DNA of 24,000 nt from Oceanospirillaceae bacterium (GCA_015665455.1 JADFAD010000013.1:70918-94917), one strand, 5' to 3'. Counted from the stretch's first letter, positions 7,143 through 14,591 are shown. Notes: generated by a model not told the origin, from the sequence alone. Translations and numbers: made by a program.

Positions 7143-7376
7143 CTACGAAAACCCCATAATCATCACAGATACTCTGTACATGAGCTTAACGAATTGAGCA
7201 TCTGGCATTTCTTCGAAAATACCAGAGCTTGGTTTATCTGAGATAGAGCCACTTGTTTTCTTATTAATTGAAAGCTCGACCGCTTTCCTAATCTGTTTCA
7301 AGTAGTCTGGATGAAGTAAATCGACTACGCCAGAGAAACCGCCATCATCCAACGTGAGCATATAAACCGAAGCCAT
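7143..7376 (-). CDS. Hypothetical protein (77 aa)
   Basis: ORF only; no motif was recognised. It lies 9 nt downstream of a mini-lipoprotein ORF. Confidence 0.4.
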   Translation of the reverse strand: MASVYMLTLDDGGFSGVVDLLHPDYLKQIRKAVELSINKKTSGSISDKPSSGIFEEMPDAQFVKLMYRVSVMIMGFS

Positions 7377-7385
7377 TGTTGCAGC

Positions 7386-7481
7386 TTAAGAGTCCCCTTT
7401 GTAGGGAGGAGTAATTTTGGTATCAACGCTTTGGCAAGCTTGTATCAAAAACAATAAGGGAATGAGTAGATAGTACTTCAT
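7386..7481 (-). CDS. Possible 31-aa mini-lipoprotein (below the ORF-track length cutoff)
   Basis: Hand translation of the minus strand gives MKYYLLIPLLFLIQACQSVDTKITPPYKGDS stop. It has a signal-like N-terminus with lipobox LIQAC. Confidence 0.3.
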   Translation of the reverse strand: MKYYLLIPLLFLIQACQSVDTKITPPYKGDS

Positions 7482-7753
7482 ATTTTCTCTTTATTTAATC
7501 GGGATAATCGACCTCATGGCGCGTTCTTCTCAAAACGCCGTGTAGTTTTACCTAAGTTTGACGAACACAAGCCAATCGGAGTCAGAGTAAGGAATCAACC
7601 ACAAACACAACTTAAAACAGAGTCGAAGCGAATATCAACTTACTATGACCCCATTGATTCTTGATCGAAAGGCCACTCCAACTCAGTTCCTCCATATGCG
7701 ATAAAAGGGATAAGAAGTGATATTAATAATGTGATTCCCATTCTCATAAAATT

Positions 7754-7825
7754 TAGCGCTGCGTTTACGGCTGATTGCTGGCTTAGAGCGCCGGGGAAAG
7801 CCAGTCCACAACAGAGGATTATCAG
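7754..7825 (+). repeat. Left copy of a degenerate direct repeat bracketing the NTase-HEPN/RT cassette
   Basis: Four collinear blocks are shared with 10589-10673: tagcgct (7754-7760), ggctgattg (7769-7777), ggcttaga (7780-7787) and gattatca (7817-7824). Confidence 0.35.
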
Positions 7826-7828
7826 AAG

Positions 7829-9349
7829 CTATGTTGTTTCGAGTACCCATGTTGCCACCCATTTATCTATCAGGAATTGTGTGCTCCCTATAGTCATTCT
7901 TAACCAGTGCGTTCGCTCATCGCTTGGTAGAATCTTTGTGGAATATAAAATCGCTCTACGCCCTCGTGAACTCGTATTATATATTTGAGACTTCATATGG
8001 CGAACCCAAGCAATATTGTTGTTAGTAACAGCAGCTATAGCCTGGTTTTCAATGTTAGCTGAAGAGTTGATTAGGTCTTGAGCATTTTGCCCTTGTAATA
8101 GAACTGCATGATGAGCGACAAACCACTCAAGCCAATATCTCGCTAAAGGATTCTTTATAGAATCTGATGCACAGATCGCCTCGATTTCACCCTGATAGTT
8201 TAGCGCACCATTCTCACCAACTATTTGACTAATATAAATCATGGCATCACTAACAACAGGTAGAAAGAATTGGAAATTAGCGAGTATAGGTGCGACTAGA
8301 ACTGAACTGTGCATTGTCCGCGCCCTGCGGATAATACCTTTGGCAAGACCAACATCTAATTTACTTTGATCTATGGCTTTATTTATAGCAACCAGAAACG
8401 CTTGTTCTGCTGCTTCATCTACATCTATTTCGACTTCGTGTTCTTCGACTTCACCAGTGTAAGGATTGAATATCTCCAAACCCTCAAAAATCTCTTCTTT
8501 TTCTAGATCATATGGATTTTGTAGGTATTCAGAAACATACTTTTCAGCTTCCATAATTTTTGTTTTTCCAGAGGCTAAAGTAAGCCGATGGTTCTCATAC
8601 AAATAAGTAGTCAAACTTCTAAGCGCACCATCCAGTTGCCCTGTGTCATTTGCGAAGACACGTATATCATCTACATATCTGGTAAAATTCAAGCCAAGCC
8701 CCTGAAGAAATTGATCTACATCTGTCATTAAGGCTTCTGACATAACAACACTGGCTGCAGGTCCAACGGGTATTCCTTGGGAAGTTTTGCCATTAATTCT
8801 AGATAAGAAGGATTCAATATCTTTAGCTTTGTTTTTTAATTCTGCATCTGCGAATTCAATAGCGTTGTTTAATCGGTGTAGATATATTTGATTGTAAAAG
8901 TCAGTTATATCTGTAGCTAAGATATACTGAAATTGGCCTGCTAGCTCTATCGTTCTTGAATCAAAGTCTGGGTAGCCACCACCTGCAGAAAAGAAACTAC
9001 CTTCATGCATTTGCAATCGATATGAGCATGCTGTTTTAGATTCTACGGGTAAACGTGCAGCCTCCACCTTCTCAGCAATTTCGTATGCCATAGCGGTATA
9101 TATAATTGCATCAACTGGCTCTAGCTGATGCACAATTCTATAGGTACCATTAGCTTTAATAGCTGGTACCGTATGCGGAGGAAAGATCCATAACTTTTCG
9201 ACATTCTTGCTGGAAAGCTCATTTTTCACTTCAGTCCAATTGTGCCAGATCGCATCAAATTCAAACGGCTTAGGAAAGAAGTCTGAATCATAGTACTTCT
9301 CAATATGTTGTTTGGCGAAATCTAAGGCCTCTTCCGTTAGTTTGCTCAT
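7829..9349 (-). CDS. Reverse transcriptase, UG/Abi-like (defence-associated type), with a ~200-aa helical C-terminal extension
   Basis: RT motifs are present: YRIVHQLEPVDAIIY (RT1/2-like), ATDITDFYNQIYLH (motif A), QGIPVGPAASVVMSE (motif B), RYVDDIRVF (motif C; YVDD is encoded at 8666-8677) and LTLASGKTKI (motif E-like). The ATG at 9349 is preceded by GAGG 8 nt upstream; the ORF track starts one codon earlier at TTG 9352. Confidence 0.9.
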   Translation of the reverse strand: MSKLTEEALDFAKQHIEKYYDSDFFPKPFEFDAIWHNWTEVKNELSSKNVEKLWIFPPHTVPAIKANGTYRIVHQLEPVDAIIYTAMAYEIAEKVEAARLPVESKTACSYRLQMHEGSFFSAGGGYPDFDSRTIELAGQFQYILATDITDFYNQIYLHRLNNAIEFADAELKNKAKDIESFLSRINGKTSQGIPVGPAASVVMSEALMTDVDQFLQGLGLNFTRYVDDIRVFANDTGQLDGALRSLTTYLYENHRLTLASGKTKIMEAEKYVSEYLQNPYDLEKEEIFEGLEIFNPYTGEVEEHEVEIDVDEAAEQAFLVAINKAIDQSKLDVGLAKGIIRRARTMHSSVLVAPILANFQFFLPVVSDAMIYISQIVGENGALNYQGEIEAICASDSIKNPLARYWLEWFVAHHAVLLQGQNAQDLINSSANIENQAIAAVTNNNIAWVRHMKSQIYNTSSRGRRAILYSTKILPSDERTHWLRMTIGSTQFLIDKWVATWVLETT

Positions 9350-9407
9350 CAAAAATACCTCTATGGTTTTACCATGATCTGGCGGACACCTAGATAAGAT
9401 TTAATAT

Positions 9408-10541
9408 TCACTCCAACCCTGCATCCCGTAATTTCTTCAACGCTTCTTCCAACTGCTTTTGAGCCGCTTCCTTCTCAGCTCTTTCACGCTCCAACTCCAC
9501 CTCTTTTTCAGCCAACAACTCTTCCTGCTGTAACACCAACACTTCTGGCAGTGGTGTGTCTTTCAGGGTATCAAGATCCAAAAAGCGATAAGGCAATTTT
9601 TGGCTGTTGGAGTAGTTTTGTTCAGGGATAAAGCCATCGATGGTGTTCAGGCTTTGTTGGTACACCCATTGCTGAAAGTTAGCCACCCAGTGGGTGAGGA
9701 TGTCCAATACCTCTTTGCTGACTTCGTAATTGGGTTTGTAGCGGGAATCAATATAGGAATCACCAAAAAAAGCGAAGTGTTTCCTATCTTCTTTTGTGTC
9801 ACTAGGGAAAATGCTTTTAATCTCTGGGGCCAGAGTGGCTACCCTACTACGTAGTTCATACAGTTTATGAGTGCGGGGTTTGTAATGGGTAGTGACCAGT
9901 AAATATAAGCCAAACAAACGCTCTGTCATTTGATGTAAGCTAAAGATGGCACCGCTTAATGCGCCTTTCTGGTAGAGGTATTCAAAGGTCTGTTGAGATT
10001 CAACGGCTTTTTGATAGAAACGCTCAAAGTAATTGATGCTGATTTCGCGGCGTTGTGCAGGGGAAAGCTGTTGCGGTTGGGCCAGCTTAACATTGTCCTC
10101 AAACAACACGACCCCTTCATTGACTACATCGAGGTAAAAGTACTCACTGCGATTGAGGCTTTTATTCAGGCTATCGAGGGTTTCATAAATAACGTGGAAG
10201 GTGGACGTCAGTTCTGGGCTCTCTTCAATCAGGCCAATGAACTTCTTATGCAGATTGGATTTCTTGGCGGATTCTTTACTCCGTAATACCACTAAAACAT
10301 CGACGTCAGAGTTATATTCCGATACCGCACCGTTACTGTCTATACGGCGGTCGTTGATAAAATCGCCACGGGCGTAACTGCCGAATAACCAGATCATGGC
10401 CACGTCTTTTTTGCACGTCTGGTGAATCAGCTTCACCGCCGTTTCAAGTTCCGCCTGAATGTTGGCCGGGACATGATCCAGTGAAGTATTAAATTCAGTG
10501 CTTGGGGCTGTCATTGCAGTGGGTAGACCTTTCCGTGTCAA
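9408..10541 (-). CDS. Fusion protein: MNT-type (pol-beta superfamily) nucleotidyltransferase domain, HEPN-like domain and C-terminal coiled coil
   Basis: NTase motifs LFGSYARGD (10362-10382) and SDVDVLVV (DVDV at 10296-10307) are present. The helical HEPN-like part reads SGAIFSLHQMTERLFGLYLL ... PRTHKLYEL ... GDSYIDSRYKPNY. The tail EELLAEKEVELERERAEKEAAQKQLEEALKKL is charged heptads. The track start is TTG 10541; the first ATG is at 10514 (MTAPSTEF). The stop lies 55 nt upstream of the RT start on the same strand. Confidence 0.8.
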   Translation of the reverse strand: MTRKGLPTAMTAPSTEFNTSLDHVPANIQAELETAVKLIHQTCKKDVAMIWLFGSYARGDFINDRRIDSNGAVSEYNSDVDVLVVLRSKESAKKSNLHKKFIGLIEESPELTSTFHVIYETLDSLNKSLNRSEYFYLDVVNEGVVLFEDNVKLAQPQQLSPAQRREISINYFERFYQKAVESQQTFEYLYQKGALSGAIFSLHQMTERLFGLYLLVTTHYKPRTHKLYELRSRVATLAPEIKSIFPSDTKEDRKHFAFFGDSYIDSRYKPNYEVSKEVLDILTHWVANFQQWVYQQSLNTIDGFIPEQNYSNSQKLPYRFLDLDTLKDTPLPEVLVLQQEELLAEKEVELERERAEKEAAQKQLEEALKKLRDAGLE

Positions 10542-10588
10542 TCGTAGTGCGGTTCACTAAAGTAAAGAACCTAAGTAGTCAACCATAG

Positions 10589-10673
10589 TAGCACTCAGGC
10601 TGATTGAAACAAACGGAAAATCGGCTTAGATATAACGGATCATTTCCTGATCGGAACACTCCCTGATTAATCA
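10589..10673 (+). repeat. Right copy of the degenerate direct repeat bracketing the cassette
   Basis: Blocks are in the same order as at 7754-7825: tagcact (10589-10595), ggctgattg (10598-10606), ggcttaga (10623-10630) and gattaatca (10665-10673). Confidence 0.35.
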
Positions 10674-10705
10674 TAAAAGTTTAACCAGAGTTCCGATTCT
10701 TTTTT

Positions 10706-10734
10706 AAAATAAGAGCCATTTGCAAAATATTCAA
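10706..10734 (-). promoter_or_regulatory. Possible sigma70-type promoter for the NTase-HEPN/RT cassette (or for a leader ncRNA)
   Basis: On the minus strand: TTGAAT (10734-10729), a 17-nt spacer, then TATTTT (10711-10706). This would give a leader of roughly 160-185 nt before the first cassette gene. Confidence 0.25.
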
Positions 10735-10752
10735 AGACAGCAATGATCTAAT

Positions 10753-10908
10753 TTATTTCGTAATTTTCGCTTTGCCTTTACTCAGTTGCGACCTTTCTTG
10801 CGCAGCAAATTTTACAGCCTTTGTACGCGCATTCTCTAAAGTAACCTCGCCTTCCAGAGGTTTAGTCTGTTTTTCATGATCCAGTAAAGGTTGTTTACTC
10901 TTCATCAT
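10753..10908 (-). CDS. Possible 51-aa lysine-rich ORF (below the track cutoff)
   Basis: Hand translation gives MMKSKQPLLDHEKQTKPLEGEVTLENARTKAVKFAAQERSQLSKGKAKITK stop. The ATGATG overlaps the stop region of the upstream ORF by 14 nt. Confidence 0.25.
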   Translation of the reverse strand: MMKSKQPLLDHEKQTKPLEGEVTLENARTKAVKFAAQERSQLSKGKAKITK

Positions 10909-11095
10909 GTTCTTCTTCCTTGAGTATGTTTTTCATATCACCACCTGACGCTAAAGAATCAGGTTCCTTTTCTGCCAGAGCTTTAAAAGCTTCTCTTTCT
11001 TCCGCTGCACGCTTTCTTATTTCTTCAATAGACCAACCAGAGTTATCTCGCTTTTCTTGTCTTGCTTCTTGAAGATCAACAACTTTCTTTTTCAT
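10895..11095 (-). CDS. Hypothetical highly charged small protein (66 aa from the ATG; 79 aa from TTG at 11134)
   Basis: MKKKVVDLQEARQEKRDNSGWSIEEIRKRAAEEREAFKAL... An AAGGG RBS lies upstream of ATG 11095. No motif was recognised. Confidence 0.45.
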   Translation of the reverse strand: MKKKVVDLQEARQEKRDNSGWSIEEIRKRAAEEREAFKALAEKEPDSLASGGDMKNILKEEEHDEE

Positions 11096-11121
11096 TACAA
11101 GACCCTTAAACACAGAGTGAT

Positions 11122-11496
11122 CTAAGAACCACAAGCCAAAATAATTCTGACACCAGAGACATCTTTAAACCCTAACTGAATATCGGATGAAAGAATAAGC
11201 GATACCTCTCTCGACTTTTTCAAAGCAAACCTGTCACTTCTTTGAACTTCATTATCAAGCATTACAGAGTAACCTGTAATTGCAGATTTACATCCGCAAT
11301 ATCCAGTGCTCTTAATGACTCTTAAATCAAGATCAAGTAACCAAAGATTGTTATGCATCGTTGTATTAGAAGACTCAATCCTCACACACTCATTCAAATT
11401 ATTTTCAATACTGACTTCATCTGAAATTGAATAAAAAGAAATACAAGACAAAAACAATACAAACAAATATTTAAAGTTCACGAACATAGGTTTCAC
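11122..11496 (-). CDS. Hypothetical secreted protein (124 aa)
   Basis: N-terminal signal-like segment FKYLFVLFLSCISFYSISDE is present, plus a Cys-containing mature part (YCGCKS, ILACGS). Confidence 0.5.
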   Translation of the reverse strand: MKPMFVNFKYLFVLFLSCISFYSISDEVSIENNLNECVRIESSNTTMHNNLWLLDLDLRVIKSTGYCGCKSAITGYSVMLDNEVQRSDRFALKKSREVSLILSSDIQLGFKDVSGVRIILACGS

Positions 11497-11514
11497 AAAT
11501 GAGACTAAGTAAAG

Positions 11515-12495
11515 TCACTCCAGTTTCCTTAATGCAAATCTGCCCCGTTCTGACACCGGGTTCGATTCATCCGATGCAAATTTTTGAGCATATGCTTTAG
11601 ACTCGTCCCCCATATTCTCAAGCTCTCGAATCAAAAATTCTGCTGATACCCTTCTTACAATGGATGAACGATCTTCAGAGGAATGTTTCAATAGTTTCAA
11701 AAACAGAGGTTTAACATCTATCTTGCGCTCAGAAACAACGGCTTTATATCTCCCCTCATTGTAACGAATGTCTGTCCACTCCCACTTTCTGCCTTCAATC
11801 CAAACTATTCGTCCTTCAAATAAGCAGCGAAAGGCTTTTGCCCTAAGTGAAGGCTGAATGGCTCGGGCTGAAATTTCTTCAATATAGTTATCGAGAATTG
11901 AAGTTCGGCCAAGTTGAGAGAATAGAGAAGTCATAGGCCCAGCGGTTGCAGTAATTAACTTAGATTTTAGAGCCTCAGCAATTTCATTTCTGGATATAAT
12001 CTGTAAAAGAACGTTTTTGTCCGCCTCTTCAATCCTTCCCCAAGAGTTCCAATTTGAAAGAGTAATACAAAGCGCTTCAACCACATGAGCGGGATCTGTT
12101 GCTATAGCAATTTCCGGAAGTTTCTCCCTAGCAGCCTCTCGAATTTGGGGCACCCAGTCATTTAATCTACGGATCGCAATCAAAAAGAAAAAAGCGTTAG
12201 GTGCTGCACCAGATAACGCCCTTAAGGTTTTCTCTCGTTTATAGCCATCCCAACTGGTCAAGTCCAGCCAAGTAAGTAGCTCACGAGACTTAGACCGAAA
12301 TATCCAATCTAGTTTTGAGGAATTATTTGAAAAACGAGAAAACTCATCTCTGATCAACCGCTCCCAATAATCTAAATTAGACAAAGGTAATTGTGAAGTT
12401 GCTTCAACAAGAGACGACATATCAGCCACTACCTTACTCCCCGAATTAATCGAGCGAGCGAAGTCTTTGACTGCTGATTTGACTTTATCTTCCAT
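11515..12495 (-). CDS. Hypothetical HEAT/ARM-like helical repeat protein (326 aa)
   Basis: Recurrent HEAT-like segments are present: GYKREKTLRALSG, NDWVPQIREAAREKLPEI, DRSSIVRRVSAEFLI, SNPVSERGRFALRKL. There is no signal peptide. Confidence 0.55.
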   Translation of the reverse strand: MEDKVKSAVKDFARSINSGSKVVADMSSLVEATSQLPLSNLDYWERLIRDEFSRFSNNSSKLDWIFRSKSRELLTWLDLTSWDGYKREKTLRALSGAAPNAFFFLIAIRRLNDWVPQIREAAREKLPEIAIATDPAHVVEALCITLSNWNSWGRIEEADKNVLLQIISRNEIAEALKSKLITATAGPMTSLFSQLGRTSILDNYIEEISARAIQPSLRAKAFRCLFEGRIVWIEGRKWEWTDIRYNEGRYKAVVSERKIDVKPLFLKLLKHSSEDRSSIVRRVSAEFLIRELENMGDESKAYAQKFASDESNPVSERGRFALRKLE

Positions 12496-12541
12496 GAGTC
12501 AAGGTTCTTGCAGATATTTCCCGAATTCAGTTATCAATTAG

Positions 12542-13258
12542 CTACTTTGCCACCCATTTTCCATTTTTTAAAACCAATCCATATTTGAGAAGAGGGTTAG
12601 GCAACTCTTTATTCAAACCTAACATATATGAACTTGCCGTTTTCACACCCTCAAGGTCTTTCGAATCAGCATAAATAAAAGTTCGTGATGCAGCCAAATA
12701 AACAATAAGATCCCCTTCAACTGATTCAGAAATTTCATTGATAAACTTTTTAGAAAGTATCAATGATGATTCATAATTCCCATCTATTAAGACTGCACCA
12801 CTTTTTGTGTTAGAAAACTGAACATTCTTTCTTTTTTTATTCTTCGAGTATTCGTATAAATTATTATCAATCAAATTCTGAAGTTCAAGCTTGGTTATCC
12901 CTAATACCTTTAAATGACTATTTGATAATATTTGAGAGAAATCACCATGATCTATGACATAAATAACAGATATGCCATCTATGAACGGCTCAACTAAAAT
13001 AGAATGATGATCTTTTGATTCTATTAATTGAGAAGGTATATCCCTATTAATAGAAGGAACAAAGTGTGTTTTACCCGATGAAGAATTCATTAAAACATAA
13101 CTATCATGCCCTTCCTGAACAGCTTCATCTAGTAATTCGTTAGTAACAAGCTTTGGATATATATTATCGATTTTTATAGACGAGGTACTCTGCACTGTGG
13201 AGCAACCAGCCATAAAAAACAATACAAACGCCAAAACTGTCATCTTCTTAAAAGCCAT
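12542..13258 (-). CDS. Hypothetical lipoprotein (238 aa)
   Basis: Signal peptide with lipobox MAGC (TVLAFVLFFMAGCSTVQ). It is the first gene of a tightly spaced minus-strand gene string. Confidence 0.6.
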   Translation of the reverse strand: MAFKKMTVLAFVLFFMAGCSTVQSTSSIKIDNIYPKLVTNELLDEAVQEGHDSYVLMNSSSGKTHFVPSINRDIPSQLIESKDHHSILVEPFIDGISVIYVIDHGDFSQILSNSHLKVLGITKLELQNLIDNNLYEYSKNKKRKNVQFSNTKSGAVLIDGNYESSLILSKKFINEISESVEGDLIVYLAASRTFIYADSKDLEGVKTASSYMLGLNKELPNPLLKYGLVLKNGKWVAK

Positions 13259-13380
13259 AGAATCTCTCTATCCAAAAAATAAAATTAAAATTTAATAATC
13301 TTCAATAACAATTGTCCCATAATTAATACATAAAGACTTCTCTGTTTCTAATGAAAAAAACCATCAATTACACTCGAACC

Positions 13381-14427
13381 CTACAACCTTCTCGCATATC
13401 GCTGCCGATATTCCGCCAGCGTCAATCCTGTAGTTTGCTTGAACAACCGCCTGAATGAGCTGATGTCTTCATAACCCACGTTGTTCACCACTTGCTCTGG
13501 GGTGAGTTGGGTTTCTGCCAGCAGCTTTTGGGAGACTTCGATTCGGGTTTGTTGCAGGTAGGCGTAGGGCGTCATGTTCAGCGCGGTTTTGAACCGGCGG
13601 ATTAGCGTGCGTTTGCTGACGTTGAATTTGGCAGCCACGGCTTCCAGCTCTAGCGTTTGGTGATAATAATCTTCAAAGTAGCATTGTATTTTAGCCACCA
13701 GCGCGTCGGTGTGGTTTTGTGCCATGCGAGATAAGCTGTAACTGAGTTGGCTTTCTCGCCGATAATCAATCACAAAGGCTTTGGAGGTTTGCAGCGCCCA
13801 GTCGTAACCAAACTCTTTCTCAATCATATAGATCGCAAGATCAAACCACGCCAAGCCCCCGCCCGCGCAAAACAGGTTGTCGTCCACGGTGATCAGTTGA
13901 TCGGTTCGTAACTGAATCTCTGGGTAACGGGCTTCAAACAGGTCTTTGTAGCCCCAGTGCGTTGTCGCGCGTTTACCCTTTAACAGCCCCGCTTCTGCCA
14001 GAAAGAAATTGCCCGTGCAGTTACCTGCAATCACTAAGTTCTGTTGGTGCCCCCATCGTAATAGCTCAAGCATGTCAGGGTTGTTAGCCAAGGTGTGTTC
14101 AATGGGGCTGCCAATGGTCGGCACGATGATGGCGAATAAATCTTCGAGCAACTCAGGGGATGCCATCACCTGATCAAAGCTCATGTGCGCGCCGATCTCC
14201 AGATGATTAAGGCAACGAATGGCTTGGCCATCGGCACTGGCAACCCAAACTTTGAATCTGGGTTCTGGCGGTTCGCCCATGATGCGTTGCCAGCTGACGC
14301 CCGTAAGCGACAAAATGTCCATCACTCCGGTAATGGTGGTGGCCAATGCCCCATGAAAGCCTGCGATGATGATGTGTTTCAACTCATTGCCCTTTTTGTT
14401 TGGGTGCTGCCTACTTTGATTTTTCAA
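13381..14427 (-). CDS. GlxA-type transcriptional regulator (DJ-1/PfpI-like N-terminal domain plus AraC-family HTH)
   Basis: The C-terminal AraC HTH reads FNVSKRTLIRRFKTALNMTPYAYLQQTRIEVSQKLL ... VGYEDISSFRRLFKQTTGLTLAEYR. The N-terminal GATase1-like region contains IIIAGFHGA ... AGNCTGNFFLAEAGLL. It is divergent from the acyl-CoA dehydrogenase operon. Confidence 0.9.
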   Translation of the reverse strand: MKNQSRQHPNKKGNELKHIIIAGFHGALATTITGVMDILSLTGVSWQRIMGEPPEPRFKVWVASADGQAIRCLNHLEIGAHMSFDQVMASPELLEDLFAIIVPTIGSPIEHTLANNPDMLELLRWGHQQNLVIAGNCTGNFFLAEAGLLKGKRATTHWGYKDLFEARYPEIQLRTDQLITVDDNLFCAGGGLAWFDLAIYMIEKEFGYDWALQTSKAFVIDYRRESQLSYSLSRMAQNHTDALVAKIQCYFEDYYHQTLELEAVAAKFNVSKRTLIRRFKTALNMTPYAYLQQTRIEVSQKLLAETQLTPEQVVNNVGYEDISSFRRLFKQTTGLTLAEYRQRYARRL

Positions 14428-14591
14428 ATATTGACACTATTCGCACCTATACCGTCAATAATGACAATCCTGTTTTTAAACCGCAAGGGACATACTGATT
14501 AGAACAACACATACATTGTTCATTCGAAGCGCATTTACTTGCGCCTTTGAACACCGTAAGAACACACAGGACATCCCCTTAGGACAGCCCC

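Noticed and set aside
7731-7988. 85-aa plus-strand ORF overlapping the RT 3' end
   Set aside because: It overlaps the RT coding sequence antisense by 160 nt, and its composition looks non-coding. The region is treated as non-coding flank.
7829-9349. The RT as a group II intron, retron, DGR or CRISPR-associated RT
   Set aside because: - There is no maturase X or endonuclease domain and no intron RNA domains in the flanks.
- At ~506 aa with YVDD and a helical C-terminal extension, it lacks the retron VTG/NAxxH features, and no msr/msd-like inverted repeats were seen.
- No DGR template or variable repeats, and no cas genes or CRISPR array, are present in the window.
9600-10286. Plus-strand ORFs 9600-9854 and 9993-10286
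   Set aside because: They are antisense to the NTase-HEPN gene and carry no motifs.
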